Source of the DNA: Octopus vulgaris
Lineage: Eukaryota
Direction of reading: 5' to 3'
Assembly (NCBI GenBank): GCA_951406725.2
Contig: OX597821.1
Span: 75,392,001-75,456,000 of the forward strand
Length of the DNA: 64,000 nucleotides
Each line of letters begins with the position of its first letter. Within the stretch, counting starts at the first letter, position 1. The notes below the pieces were generated by a model, which saw nothing but the letters and a program-made list of their open reading frames with translations, was not told the DNA's origin and did not search any database. Shown piece after piece: positions 27,626-40,748 of this stretch. A program made the translations under genes and the position numbers.

Positions 27626-27770
27626 CATACAAAATTTAGAGGACTGAATACTAAATATGGACAGCCTTTTTGCTAGATATAGACGTCAAAATCGCCATTT
27701 TCCACGGACGACTATATCTAGCATAAAGGATGTCCATTTTTAGTGGTCAGTCCTCTAAATTTTGTATGTA
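27624..27770. mobile_element. Hairpin MITE (about 64-bp arms, 19-bp loop, TA-flanked)
   Basis: tacatacaaaatttagaggactga...gacgtc (27624-27687) pairs with gacgac...tcagtcctctaaattttgtatgta (27707-27770). Confidence 0.75.
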
Positions 27771-27851
27771 AAAGAATTTTTAATCTTCGGATTTAAAAAA
27801 GAATATGCTAGGCCACTGGTTTTTATTGATTAATATCAATTTCTACGCTTA

Positions 27852-27912
<61 letters not shown>

Positions 27913-27917
<5 letters not shown>

Positions 27918-28108
27918 ATCCAAACAAGAAAACACAAAAAGACACAGCAACGCGAGGACGTGGAACAAATAAAGTATTATTGGACGCTCAGGAAAGAAGG
28001 GAAGAAGGAGGGTTTAACGTTTCGAGCGGAGCTCTTCGTCGGAAACAAAGGAGAAGGGAAGACAGAGAAAAAAAATTTGCTGGCGGTGCTCACGAGGTCA
28101 CATGTTGA
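27913..28108 (-). mobile_element. PLE pseudo-LTR fragment (family 2) inserted in (TA)n
   Basis: Flanked by (TA)n on both sides; contains a minimal hammerhead motif. Confidence 0.65.
28012..28046 (-). ncRNA. Minimal type I hammerhead ribozyme motif (CCGACGA core variant)
   Basis: Minus strand GUUU-CCGACGA-A-GAGC-UCC-GCUC-GAAA-CG-UU-AAAC; stems I and II pair perfectly. Confidence 0.7.
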
Positions 28109-31100
28109 ATATATATATATATATATATATATATCAAGGGAGCTGGGGAAATAGCTCAAAGGGACCCATGACATGTAATAGAAAATTTATGAAGGTCGTG
28201 ATATAACGTATTCAATTGCATTTGATGCATTTCTTTAGTAACTGGAATTTTATTGGTAACGTGGGGAAGGGAAAATGTTAATGTCTCTGGACAGAGAACG
28301 AGGAGATTAGTTGAAATAAATCCCACTTACTACATTCTCTAATGATTTGACATCGGCAAACGTAAGTAATTTCCCTTATTTCATATCCGTTTCTAAATTA
28401 TACAATTATGCAGTGAAAATCCTTTGAAAAATAGGCCTTTCTTTGTAAAATCTTTCTGCAATGATCAAAGCCATTTTCAGTAAATGTTTTACTGGTGAGG
28501 CTTTAATAAAATCGAAACATGTCCGCATCTGTCAAATTTCTGACTGAAAAACATCATATATGTACCTAAGTTTTGATCAAAATTCAGTTATTGAGAAAAT
28601 AATTTATAATGTCTTGAAACAAAGATGCTTTGAGTATGGTTAATATCGTCTTTATATATTTGTTGTTTTCTTTCACCAACTAAAAGACAAATTCCAATTC
28701 ATTAAGAATTGTTGTATACATCATTTAATACACCACTTGAATTATCCAAATTCATGCTATTGGCCCACTTGAATTATTAATGTTACTTCACTTTTTTAAT
28801 TATGCAAATTCAACTGTCCAAAATCATGGTAAATCTTTTTTGTACTTATAAAAGTCGGTTAATAAAAATCAAATTTTCCCTGGAAGCATAAAAGTTCAAT
28901 TTTCTTCGTAATTTATTTAAATTCTCAAAATAATCATCTCCCCTCTTCTTTGAGATTGGCTAACAATAGCCACTAGGTGTATCTTGCTCGCCTTCTCCGA
29001 TTATGTGTATACTTATTCACTTCATTAAGATTTTCTTGAACAACATTAAACACTTCACCTCTCTGACGTAAACATTTCTGTTTGTAAGAAAGAATTTGCT
29101 GAAGGAGAAATAGAACATTTCTAAGCGATTATTAATTTGTGTGTATAAGTATGAGAACAATCAAACTGGATCTTTTAGAAGGCAATAGAAGGCAGAATTG
29201 GACGCGAGACATATAAAGTGGGTGTACCAGGTGATGCTGATAAATGTCAATATATTTCTGCTAATGATATCGGGAAAAATATTAAAAAAATTATAGTTAT
29301 CCATTTCATCCCTCAACAGGAAGAAAAAGCTCTAAACTAAATTAAAAGCATATAAAACAAAATCAAAAAATAAATGAGGACAAGATGAGCTGTTGTTTCT
29401 AGAGAAAGATACCCTCCCCACTTTGTCTATAGCTGCAGTTCCATTTTGAATCCATTTCGCTTTTCTAAAATCTCTAGACTTACATATACTTTCTAAGATG
29501 ACTTTTATTGTGATCTCTCTCTCTCTCTCTCTCTCCCTGTCTCTCTTTCTCTGTCTGTCTTCTCTCTGTGTCTCTGTCTGTTTTCTTTCTCTCTTTCTGT
29601 GCTCCAGAATATTTCTTGATCTCGGATATATTAACTACACAATATTTCGATCTGTTAATCTCAACTAAAAATAAACCTGTTGAGAAATTATTTACTATTA
29701 CACAATTCCATTCATTCGGAAGACTAAAGTTGTGGATTTATGTCTTTCAAAATACAGGATTGGAAATTGCCGTTTAGAAAACTTTAATTCTGAAATCTTA
29801 TTAACGAATATTTTCAATATTCTGTTTAATCTAGCAATCATATTACAAACAAAAACAAACATCTCTTCGTTAAGCTTTTCTGTTTAACAGTAGAACAACA
29901 AGGAGCACTTGTTGGAAAATGGAAAGCAGTGTTTGCATTGACGAAAATAACATTTGCACTAGCTTAAATAATAATTAAAGTCAATAGTGAAATAAATATA
30001 TAAACAATATTATATTAACAATGGTGCATGCGGCATGAATTAGTTGTATTTGAAGAGGCCGTATTAGTGATAGAAAAAAATATAGTCTCTCGGGATTCGA
30101 AGGCCAAGAAACAGTTTCAATACTCAAATAGCAACAACTGATTTCACATCTGGCCATAATCCCCCGTCAGTCAATAATTAGACAGTCAGGGTGTCTTGTC
30201 TAAGGCTAGTCTTGTTTAATATTGCTGCTTTTTATTGTGTCATTAAGTTAATGTGATATCCCAGTAGTAAGATCACCAATCCCATATAAACACACTTTGT
30301 GCGAATGTGTATATGTATGCGCATGCGTTCATGTGAGTCCAGGAGAAAAGGGTAAACTTATGCTAAACTGCATTAGGGATGACGACGTAAAGCCACTTAG
30401 TTTCAAAGGCGAATCATTTAGTGTTGAAAACTCTTCAATATTCTTACTTTCTGGTACAGAATAACTGGGTGAATTGCCCTTAAACTACTACATAAAAGGC
30501 TAACCATACATTTTTATTTCAGTTCGCGCTATTAAACACTTGACTGGACAAATGTGAAAAATCTGGGATTTTCAGGTAAGGACACCAAGTAACATACATT
30601 TTAGAGATATCTTTTGTAAACGGAAAAGTAAAAATATTCAAAAGTTTCTCAAGTTTAACGTATAGAATTTAACATTCTTATAATCCAAATATTTTGTTGG
30701 AAGCCGGTTTTTTTTCTTGCTTTATGAAGACTGTTAATTAAAAAGAAAAGAAAACAGCATATAAATATATGCATAAATCCATATATGGAGTTCAAAGGCA
30801 TACATATATCCATATATTAGGGTATACATGTTTGTATGTTTGTACGTGAGAAATAACGCAGTGGACGTTAAAAATATTGTAAGCGCATATTAATGTGTAT
30901 AGGTGTGTGTGTGGGGGGGGGGGGGGCAAGGAAATTAAGCATTTTGAAGGCGAGATAATACATTGAGTTATAAAGCGAGGAAGAGAAAGAGGGAGAGCGG
31001 CAGAGAGAGGGGAAGAGGGAGGGAAAACTCAGGAGAGAAAAGCGGGAGAATGTGAGAAAATTTTATGCAAATTTGGAAAACTAAAACGAATAGAGATGGC

Positions 31101-31132
31101 CATATATGCCAGCATACAGAGAGAGAAGTGGA

Positions 31133-31163
<31 letters not shown>

Positions 31164-31437
31164 TGAGAGAGAGAGAGAGAGAGTGATTCACGCAAACATA
31201 CACATACTCACATATACACGTGTATATATTTATTTATTTTTTAATTTGCGAGAGGGAAAAGAGGATGGAGAGGAGAGGAAGGGGATGAGTGTGCAAGCAG
31301 AGGAAGGTAAAAGTAAGAATGGTTTGTCTGCGAGTAAGATACGATGCGAACGGCGAGGAGAAAAGATTCAAAAAGTTTTAAACTAGAGATAAAGCAGAGA
31401 ATATGAGAGATGAACAAATTGGGAGTGAGGCAAGTGA

Positions 31438-31486
31438 AGAAAGAAGAAGAAGAAAGAAGAAGAAGAAGAAGAAGAAGAAGAAGAAG

Positions 31487-31517
<31 letters not shown>

Positions 31518-31552
31518 TAAAATGAAAGAAAGAATGAAAGAAAGAAAGAAGA
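31438..31552. repeat. (GAA)n/(GAAA)n purine tract
   Basis: Directly visible. Confidence 0.95.
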
Positions 31553-31735
31553 ATACTGCTAGATAAAAGGAAAGAAAAAGAGAAAAATAGAGTGAAAGAA
31601 AAGAGCTGAAAGAGAATAAGATTAAAAAAATACGGGAGAGAAGTACGCGAATATGTGTATGAGTATGTGTGTGTGTGTGTGTGTGCGTGGTTGTGTATGT
31701 TTATGTGTGTGTTATATGCATATGTATAGATATAT

Positions 31736-31777
<42 letters not shown>

Positions 31778-32469
31778 GGGATAATGTACGCATACACGTA
31801 TATTTACATATATTTTTGTGTGTATGTATGTGTATGCATGTGTGTGTATGTATTTAGAGAGAGATAATGTTGAGAAAGCGTCAGAGGGAGAGGGAGAGAG
31901 AGTGAGGAGTGAGAGTACTTGTTATCAAGAATTAGGAGAAAAACTCTTCTGAAATAACTGTAAATGGGAAAGATTCCTGGAAATTCAATTTGATGTTGTT
32001 TGTCCAATAATTAGCGATTTCATCATTTCCATTATTTGTTTTCCGTTTGTTTTCCTGCGTTGGTTTCAATCCCAGCACTTGTTAAGCAATTTTATATTCC
32101 TGATTTCGTTTGTTAATTAACTTGAGGTTGTTAATAATTAATAATACTATAATTAAATATCTGCACCATATCCATTTGTTATTTCATTTAGTTTTTCACG
32201 ATGATTGAAACGTCATATTTCTTTGGACAAAGAAAGAAGGAAAAAAAGTATTTACAACGGAATAAAAGAAATGAAAGTAAAATGGGTTAATATTTATTGA
32301 ACATTAGTCATCATGCATTATTCATCCAACATTAGTCAACCAACATTATCCATTCACTCTTTTGCTTGCAAATGTACCCATTCAGTAAACCTGCGTGTTG
32401 TCGTTGGAGCAGCATTGCACTTCAGCGAAAAATGACCCAACGACGGAACAGCTATAAGGTCAATATAAT

Positions 32470-32812
32470 AAGGCGGCGAGCTGGCAGAAACGTTAGCACG
32501 CCGGGCGAAATGCTAAGCGGTATTTCGTCTGTCTTTATGTTCTGAGTTCAAATTCCGCCGAGGTCAACTTTGGCTTTCATCCTTTCGGGGTTGATTAAAC
32601 AAGTACCAATTACGCACTGGAGTCGATATAATCGACTTAATCCGCGTGTCTGTCCTTGTTTGTCCTCTCTGTGTTTAGCCCCTTATGGGTAGTAAAGAAA
32701 TAGGTATTTCATCAGCCGTTATGTTCTGAGTTCAAATTTCGCCGAGGTCAACTTTGCCTTTCATCCTTTCGGGGTCGATTACATAGGTACCAGTTACGCA
32801 CGGGGGTCGATA
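32470..32812 (+). mobile_element. SINE family A: full unit plus partial second unit
   Basis: Head aaggcggcgagctggcagaaacg, tail 1 to about 32702, then restart at ggtatttc. Confidence 0.88.
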
Positions 32813-34044
32813 TTTGTTCTGAGCAGCAACCGTGTTGGTACGATAGTAATTATTGACCGGTTGTCACCATTGCACAGTTACGTAAAAAGTTGTACGAAGG
32901 GAAACCTGATCTTTCTTTGCTGGTAAGGAAACAGCTTCCGATATGTTCCAGTTTTATTGGACATTATCAGTAGAAACAAAGTTTGTCAACGTAAACCTGT
33001 GGATCACTCAATGATTTACACGTGGAAAGAGTTACAAAGAATATTTTCCACTTGTAATTTGCATAATTTAAAAGGATAAAATGGGATGTTGTGAATACTC
33101 CAAGTGGTCAAATGTAAGCATGAATTTAGATAAATAATAAAGTGTGGCATAAAGAATTTTATGTTAAATTATTCGAATGGAGAAGGAAAGGATCTGAATT
33201 CTTCTTTCACCGGTTATCGATTTCCTTCTTCTGACGAAGTTTGTAGAAATGTAAGAACTCAGCAGTTGGTATTTGGTCACGGAAACATCAAAGCTGACGA
33301 ATATTTCTCCCTTCTTATTTTGGTTCAATATTTTGACATACATTCTTTGATTTTAAAATTCTCTTCTAACAACACAGCTATTCTATCATTATTACCATTT
33401 TATTGATTCTAAAGAACCTGTGAGATGTTCCACGGGAGAATAAGGAAATAGAACTTGAAATCAAGTGTTGAATTACAAGTAAATATCTAAATTGTGTAAG
33501 TATTAAATAGATTAGTAGATTGTTGTGCCTTTTGTTCCTCTCGTAAATCTCTTGTTTTTGTCTCTTTATTTTATTAATTCTTATTTTTCATTTCTTTATT
33601 ATTCAATATTAGTTCAATGCTGGCGCGTGAGCTTATGACATTAGAGCAATGCTAATCACTTTTATAATAAAACTGACATCAAACAATCAAATGGGATTTT
33701 GGCAGTTTCTCAGTTGGCCGATTGTCAAGAAAAGGGCCGAAAAAGTGACTTCCGAGAAAGTTTACACGGAACACAGTAACCTATCTTCATAGCAAGAGGC
33801 AGAAAATATTTACTTGACAAGTATGCGTGTATAGGCTTTGTTTGCTTGTTTGTGTTGTTTGTTTGTTTGTGCTCACGTGCCCGATTTTCCAGTTCTACGT
33901 TATTAATGCCTCCTGATACGTTGGCTTTATTGTTCATTTTTACAAACTCCACTTTACATGTCATATAGTGTTGTACGTAGGAGATTAAGAGATTAAAGTG
34001 AATTGTTAGAACAGCTTCAATAGAAATATTGGATTCAAAATTCG

Positions 34045-34245
34045 GCACAAGGCCAGCAATTTCGGAAGAGGGCTTAAATCGATTACATCAACCTCAGTGA
34101 ACAACTGACATTATTATATCGACCCCAAAAGAATGAAAGAAACAGTTGCAAAGTTCACGTTCACAGAATTTGGAATCAGAGCGTAAGGACGGACGAAATG
34201 TCGCTAAGCGTTTTGTCCGGCATACTAACGATTCTGCCATCTCGA
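34045..34245 (-). mobile_element. SINE family A, diverged, tail type 2
   Basis: ggcacaaggccagcaattt...cggacgaaatgtcgctaagc...aacgattctgcca. Confidence 0.75.
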
Positions 34246-34413
34246 CGATCAACCTTTCGTAAGAATGTTATAAAGCATTCTTAGGTTGTTTTTGCATAGA
34301 GGTTGGTATTCACAGTAGAGTGGAATGTAACGAATTTCTGAGCAACACGTAAATTTTCATTAGAGATGATTTACTCAACAATTACACATGCCTCTACAAA
34401 TACTGTCTGTTAT

Positions 34414-34848
34414 AAGGCGGCGAACTGGCCGAATCGTTAGCACGCCGGACGAAATGCTTTGCGGTATTTCGTCTGCCATTACGTTCTGAGTTCAAATTCC
34501 GCCGAGGTCGACTTTGCCTTTCATCCTTTCGAGATCGATAAATTAAGTGCCAGTTACGCACAGGGGTCAATGTAATCGACTTAATCCCTTTGTCTGTCCT
34601 TGTTTGTCCCCTCTATGTTTAGCCCCTTGTGGACAATAAAGAAATAAGAGACGTTAGCACGCCGGGCGAAAAGCTTAGCGGTATTTCGTCTGTCTTTACG
34701 TTCTGAGTTCAAATACGCCGAGGTCGACTTTGCCTTTCATCCTTTCATTTTCGATAAATTAAGTATCAGTTGCGAACTGGGGTTGATATAATCGACTTGC
34801 TCCCTCCACTAAAATTTCGGGTCTTGTGCCTAGAGTAGAAAAAAAAAG
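34414..34848 (+). mobile_element. SINE family A dimer enclosed by one TSD
   Basis: TSD aatactgtctgttat (34399-34413) / aatactgcctgttat (34849-34863). Confidence 0.9.
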
Positions 34849-35394
34849 AATACTGCCTGTTATTTCCAAGATCAAGTTAGTTTTTGTAATACCGATAAGT
34901 AATTGCTTTTGAAGCAGGTGTAGAGATATATTATGTGATGTTGCTTTGTCTTCTAAGGGTTAACTAATTATGTTTTCTTTCAAAGAAATAGATACGCATT
35001 GCTCAGATCTCGCACAATGGACTGACCGCATATTCGAGCATATGAAGCATGCAAGTACACACATGTGAGGTGTGCGTATGTATATATGTGATTTTGAGGG
35101 TGTGTGTTTATAAAAAAGAGCACATATATTTAAATAATGTACATATATGTGTATATGTGTGCATGTATACCTCTGTCAGTATACGTGTGCGTGTATGGAG
35201 CTACATACAAACGCTTGCTTTTGAGCTTCAAATTAGTGATATTTTATATTTAAAGATGTCTTAGTCTCTCGGAGGAGCCTTCAGTTTCTGATTGTGCGAC
35301 ACAGTGTAATGTGAAGACTAAACTGGCTTCTACAAACCGATTTCATAAACATATCAAAGTGTTTATATTGTTGTTTGAATATAATAAAGTTAAA

Positions 35395-35611
35395 AAGGTG
35401 GTGAGCTGGCAGAATCGTTAGCAAGCCGGGCTAAATGCTTAGCGGCATTTCATCCGTCTTTACGTTCTGATTTCAAATTCCGCTGTGGTCGACTTTGCCT
35501 TTGTGATCCTTTCGGTGACAATAAAATGTATACCATTTGTGTATTGGGGTCGATGTAATTAACTTATCACCTCTACTGAAATGCTAGCCCTATGCTAAAA
35601 TTTGAAACCAA
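35395..35611 (+). mobile_element. SINE family A
   Basis: Family match; approximate TSD aatataataaagttaaaa / aatatgacgaagttaaaa. Confidence 0.85.
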
Positions 35612-37924
35612 TATGACGAAGTTAAAATTCATTCTTGAGAGCTCGTATCCAAACATTACAAACTTGATACCTGTTCTTTTTGTCACAAGGCAGATTATTC
35701 ACATTAAAGAGTAACAACTATAGGCTGTCTCTTTAAAGGAAATTAAAACGTAATAATAATTATAGAAGAAATATAAAACAGGTTGCTTTGAATTAAATAC
35801 AGAGAAAAATTAAACTTTAGAGACTGTGCATATGTGAGATGCAGAAGTAGAGGGACGGCGATGGTGGTGAGTTGTAAAAGTTTTATCCGATGTAAACTGT
35901 TATTAGTTTGTTCAGTGAAGCAGCAGGACTCTTGCCTGCAGGACAGAAAATGACAAACTACATCATTTTCTCATGTGGTACCTCAACGCATTTTATTCAC
36001 ATTAAAAGCATTGTCTCTACTCGCGCCATAATGTTTCGTGAAGCGGACTATCTTGAGAGAATCAATGTTAACCTCTCGGACAATATACATGCTTAAATGA
36101 AAACTGTTTCTGATGTTTAATTATGTAACTGGAAACAACGTGATTAATAAGCCTCGTCTTATCAAAGTGGATGCTTATGCTATCTAGATGTAGCAATGAA
36201 GGTTGACAGTTTTTCTTGATTAGATAGACGTGTCATGGTTTTGTATCTCTTCTCTTAAAACAACAAAGAGAGAGTTTGCAAACATCGACTGGTCTGTTGA
36301 AATATTAACAGACTCATTCTACCATACGTTGTTTACATTTTGTGCTCATAGGAATAATAAAATAACCAAATGGGTGTGAGATATTTTTAGGCAGAAGAAC
36401 AGAAAGCATTTCAAAATGCAAGACAGCTGAAACAATGGCATCTTGTTGTTGTTGTTAATACGTGTGGTGGCAATGTCTGCAGGGGTGGTAGTGTTTAATC
36501 TTAGTATAAGTATGGATCGAACTGTGTCATGTTTTAGATTCAATTCGATTATACTTTCTTGAAATGGCAGGGTAAATTTTTTGGGAGATTTTAGGTTGCT
36601 CTTTTTAGCAGAAGAGCAACCACGTAGATATTTTCTTGCTGACTCATATGGAATTCGTAGCAGTATTAGCCAAAGGTCAATGGTTCGCATCCTGCTATAG
36701 ATTATAATTGGCGAATGGTTTTACATATCAAGTACTCCATTTTAGCTTGAGTTGTTGTAGTTGTTGTTGTTAATTAGCCCCGAGTCAATCCTAATTGAGC
36801 ACCCATGATCAAAGACATTCTAGAATATTCATACTGTATTTCTGTACATTTCTTGATTTTCCTCTTTAAGATTGTGGTTCGTGATTTGAAGGAATTAGCT
36901 GCAAGTTGCAGCGTATTGTCTGACCATGTAGAAACATCCTCTCCAGTTCGTGATTAAAGTAAATTATAAAGGAATTGGAAAGAACGTCATTTATAATCGT
37001 TGTTTCCTTAGCTTGTAATCGGGAGATCCAAGACACCCCCACCCCCACCCTTATGGTGCTTTAAGCCCTGCATGTGGCTTTCTGTTGAATACAATGAATG
37101 AAAACAACGTTACCACTGCCAGCTGTTAATTCTTACAGAGAATTTTATGTGAATTAACTGGAAAATTTCCACCCCTAACACGATTTCAAGTCGGTTATTA
37201 TCTCAAATTAAATGACAGCCAATAAGTAACTCGAATTATCGAAAGCAAACGCAAATTCATTTATTTCTTATGCTTTATATTCAGTATAGAGCTTTTGCCG
37301 TAGAGTTCGATATATTCGTTAATGACTGACATACATGTCTTGACGAAATCATTAACGACATGTCTCACGAACGTCTATTTAGTGTATGTCGTAAAATTAT
37401 ATTAAGAACAAGTAATTTTGGTAGCTAAGAGTTAAGGGACCGACCGACGTGTGTTTCGTCTCAAGTCTTCTCATAGCTGCTTCTCTTAATTCTGAGGCAC
37501 TAAATTTAAGACAAATCTTCCTTATAGAGGTAAGTTGCCTTGATGGTTTTTGAGAAAATAAAAAACGTATCGGTCAGTTTTTTTCCCCTTAACTACCAAA
37601 GACTTAGTGGTCAGTAAATAGTAGAGTTTTACAATCAGCCTTTATCTGCATTTATGAAATCTAGAGTATATGGTGTCATGTGCCGTTTTATTGAGACTAA
37701 TATTGCGTTAGGGATTCTGTTAATTAATGACGTAGTTGGTAGAGCTTTTGTAATATGTTAATTGTAACAGTGCTTAAAGGATTGATTTAGCGGTGTGTTA
37801 ATGTGTGTGTGTGTGTGTGCTCCTTCAGTGTTAGTTGTGATACAGTCAGCATATGAAGGTCAGTTGTGGTTCTTTAGATCGAGATCAACGTTAATCGAAT
37901 AGAGATATAATCCAGCTATTCCAG

Positions 37925-37954
37925 CCATGAGGATGGTGATGATGATGATGATGA

Positions 37955-38005
<51 letters not shown>

Positions 38006-38200
38006 TGATAATGATGATGATAGCGATGACGCCGACACCCTTGCGGATGACGAAGAAGATTACGATGGCAGCGATGATGACGATCATGATAAGGATGAGT
38101 GCGACCATAATGAAGATGACGACGATTGCGACAATATTCATGAAGATGTCAACTAATGATAAGGCTAATATTGTTGTTGTGGTTGTTGATGGCAATATTA
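37925..38200. repeat. (GAT)n/(GAC)n low-complexity tract
   Basis: Directly visible. Confidence 0.9.
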
Positions 38201-38390
38201 TTATTCTTTAGGCGGAAGTCTGACGAAGCAGAGAAGAGAGAGACATGATGAAATGCCTCCCAGCCATGGTCATCTTGTCTTTCTGTAAACCAAGTACTAC
38301 ATTGTACAATGTATCCTGTTCATGTGCAGAAAGTAACCTATGAGGGGACATTTAGATGCTATTTCTAGCAGACTGAGACACCATGTAGAG

Positions 38391-38726
38391 CAATGGTTCC
38401 CAACCAGATCGATATAAGATTTTCATGGCTCAAAATAGTAAATTGGGGATTCTCATTGGCATTTTCAAGATCCATGAAAAAAGATTGTTTTAGTTGTATT
38501 TATTAGAATAAACCGGAAGATTTCTGGTCACTGAAACATGTTCTCCGAGAGAGTTCTGCGTTCGAAACCTACACAAATAAATGGACGAAAATCAAAATAG
38601 GAATTTTGAAAGAAGTATCTATAAAACTCATTTTTAAACAACAAATAGCTATGGGGATGGGAGGGTCCATCAGAATAAAATTGTAATCAAAGGAGTCCAT
38701 AAGCAGAAAATGGTTGCGAACCACTG
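38391..38726. mobile_element. hAT-type MITE
   Basis: TIRs caatggttcccaacc / ggttgcgaaccactg; 8-bp TSD atgtagag/atgtagaa. Confidence 0.8.
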
Positions 38727-38743
38727 ATGTAGAATCAGATGTA

Positions 38744-39062
38744 TTTGGCGAGATGGCGGAATCATTAGAGCAATGAAAAAAATGCTTTGCGGTATTTGTT
38801 CCGGTTCTTTAAATTCTGAGTTCAAACCCTGCTGTTGCTGCCGCTATTGCTGCCCCTGCTGGTGTGTATGATGATAACAGAGATGCTGGTTGTGGTGGTG
38901 GCTTTAACAGTAAAAAGCTAATGGCAATGGTTATGGTGATGTTTAGGCTATTCCTAATCCTGCCTTCCATCCTACTGGGGTCGATAAAATGAAATACCAA
39001 ACAAATACTGGAGTCGATGGAATCGAAGAATAACCTTTCTTTAAAATTGCTGGTTTGGTGTC
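38744..39062 (+). mobile_element. Old SINE family A copy carrying an about 130-bp insert of local sequence
   Basis: Head to ctgagttcaaa (38826), foreign segment, SINE resumes at tgccttccatcctactggggtcgataaaat. Confidence 0.7.
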
Positions 39063-39494
39063 CCAACCAGAAGAACGGAACTGTTTAGTCCTGAGGACTG
39101 ACCACCAGAGATGTTCCAGCCACGTTAATAGCATGATAATGAATAACCTCAAGTCAGCTCTGATTGAGCAGATTAGGACAATAGGTATTCCTGGATGTGC
39201 GCGTGTGTAAGTGTGTGCATCTGTAATGTTTGGGTGTGTGGATGATGGTGTGGGAGCTGGGAAGTGCTAGTGTTGGGAGGGTGTGATGTGGTCTTGCGGT
39301 GTTGAGGTGTAAGGATGGGAGGATGGGGTGTGGGTTTGAGTGAAGATGTGGAGGTAGGGTGTTGGTATGCGGGAGTGGGGGGTGTGGGTGTGGATATGCA
39401 GGTGGATAGGGTTTTCGATGAAAGTAAGAAGGTGGGTAGCAGTGAAAAGAGGAAGTAGGTGTCAGAGGAAGAGATGAGAGGAGAGAAGGGGAGT

Positions 39495-39790
39495 GAGATG
39501 AAGCGGGAAAGCGAGTTGAGCCCTTATGGCGCAAAGGAGCGAAGAGAGAAGATGATTTCTAGCTCACGGCGAAGGCGAGAGTTCCGATGGCCCCTGTGCA
39601 GACACAATCCGAACACAGACAGGTGTTGAATGAATGACCGGTAGAATGGAAATGGCGCGAGACCGGAGTGTCATTACGGAGTCTAATGTTTCGGAGGTGC
39701 CCTGCAAACCGGTCAGACAAGCGGCGTCCCGTTTGAGCAACATACAGAGAAAGATAGAAAGAGCAGGAGATGCAATAAATGGCATATCTA
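39495..39790 (-). pseudogene. Penelope-like element GIY-YIG endonuclease remnant
   Basis: YAIYCISCS..LYVAQTGRRLSDRFAGHLRNIR..DTPVSRHF..GHS, frameshifting into RELEIIFSLRSFAP*GLN; classic PLE GIY-YIG and C-terminal P.GLN motifs; GT-rich probable 3' UTR to about 39190. Confidence 0.85.
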
Positions 39791-39796
39791 TATATA

Positions 39797-39899
<103 letters not shown>

Positions 39900-40090
39900 G
39901 TGTGTGTGTGTGCGTGTTTGTGAGTCTGTGTTTGTCCCCACCATAGCTTGACAACCGTAAATTTGGCGGTTCGGCAATAGAATAAATACTAGGCTTACAA
40001 AAAGATAATTTCTGGATTCGATTTGTTCGACTAAAGGCGGTGCTCCACGATGGCCGCAATCAAATGGCTAAAACAAATAAACGAGAAAAA
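39900..40090 (+). mobile_element. SINE family B 3' half
   Basis: tgtgtttgtccccaccatagcttgacaaccg...actaggcttacaaa...ggcggtgctccacgatggccgca. Confidence 0.8.
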
Positions 40091-40748
40091 GAGTTATTAT
40101 AATTTGCAAGTCCCTTGACCTTATATACAATGATGTTGCTGATGGCGTCTGTGCTGGTGTTGGTGGTGGTGGTAGTAGTGATGATGGTGTCTGTGGTGTT
40201 GGTGGTGTTGGTGGCGGCAGTGATTGTAGTGGTGGTGGTAGTGGTGGTGCTGCCGCCGCTTTTACATGATGTGTTGAGATAAAGCTTGGTAGTAAAATTG
40301 CTGAAGGGCTATGACATTTGCTACTTCTGCAGTTTATACCTAAAGCTGCAGTTGTTGCTGATGTTGTCGCAGACACTGACATTGCTGCTCTTTCTATTCC
40401 TGATGTTGCTGCTGCTAGTTGCCGACGCTGCTGCTGAGTTCACTACTGTTTGTGCTGCTGATAGTGTTGAAATTGCTGCTGCCGCCGTTACCGTTGTCAT
40501 GCTGCTGCCGTTACTGTTTGTGATGATCATATTGACGCTGTATTTAATGTCCCTGCTGTTTTTCTTATCGTTGTTGCTGATGTTGCTGCTGTTGTTGCTG
40601 CCGCTATTACTGCTCCTGCTGGTGTGTGTGATGCTGATGGTGGTGGTGTGGTGGGGTATTTGTAACAATGATATCTCTTTTGGCGGTAATGGCTGTGGTG
40701 GCTTTAACAGTAGCAAGCTAATGGTAATGGTTATAGTGGTGTTTAGGG

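Noticed and set aside
33225-33260. Hammerhead-like CTGACGA...GAAA
   Set aside because: No stem II and poor stem I register; no family context.
36346-36690. 114-aa ORF in unique sequence
   Set aside because: No recognisable motif or convincing exon boundaries; length is compatible with chance.
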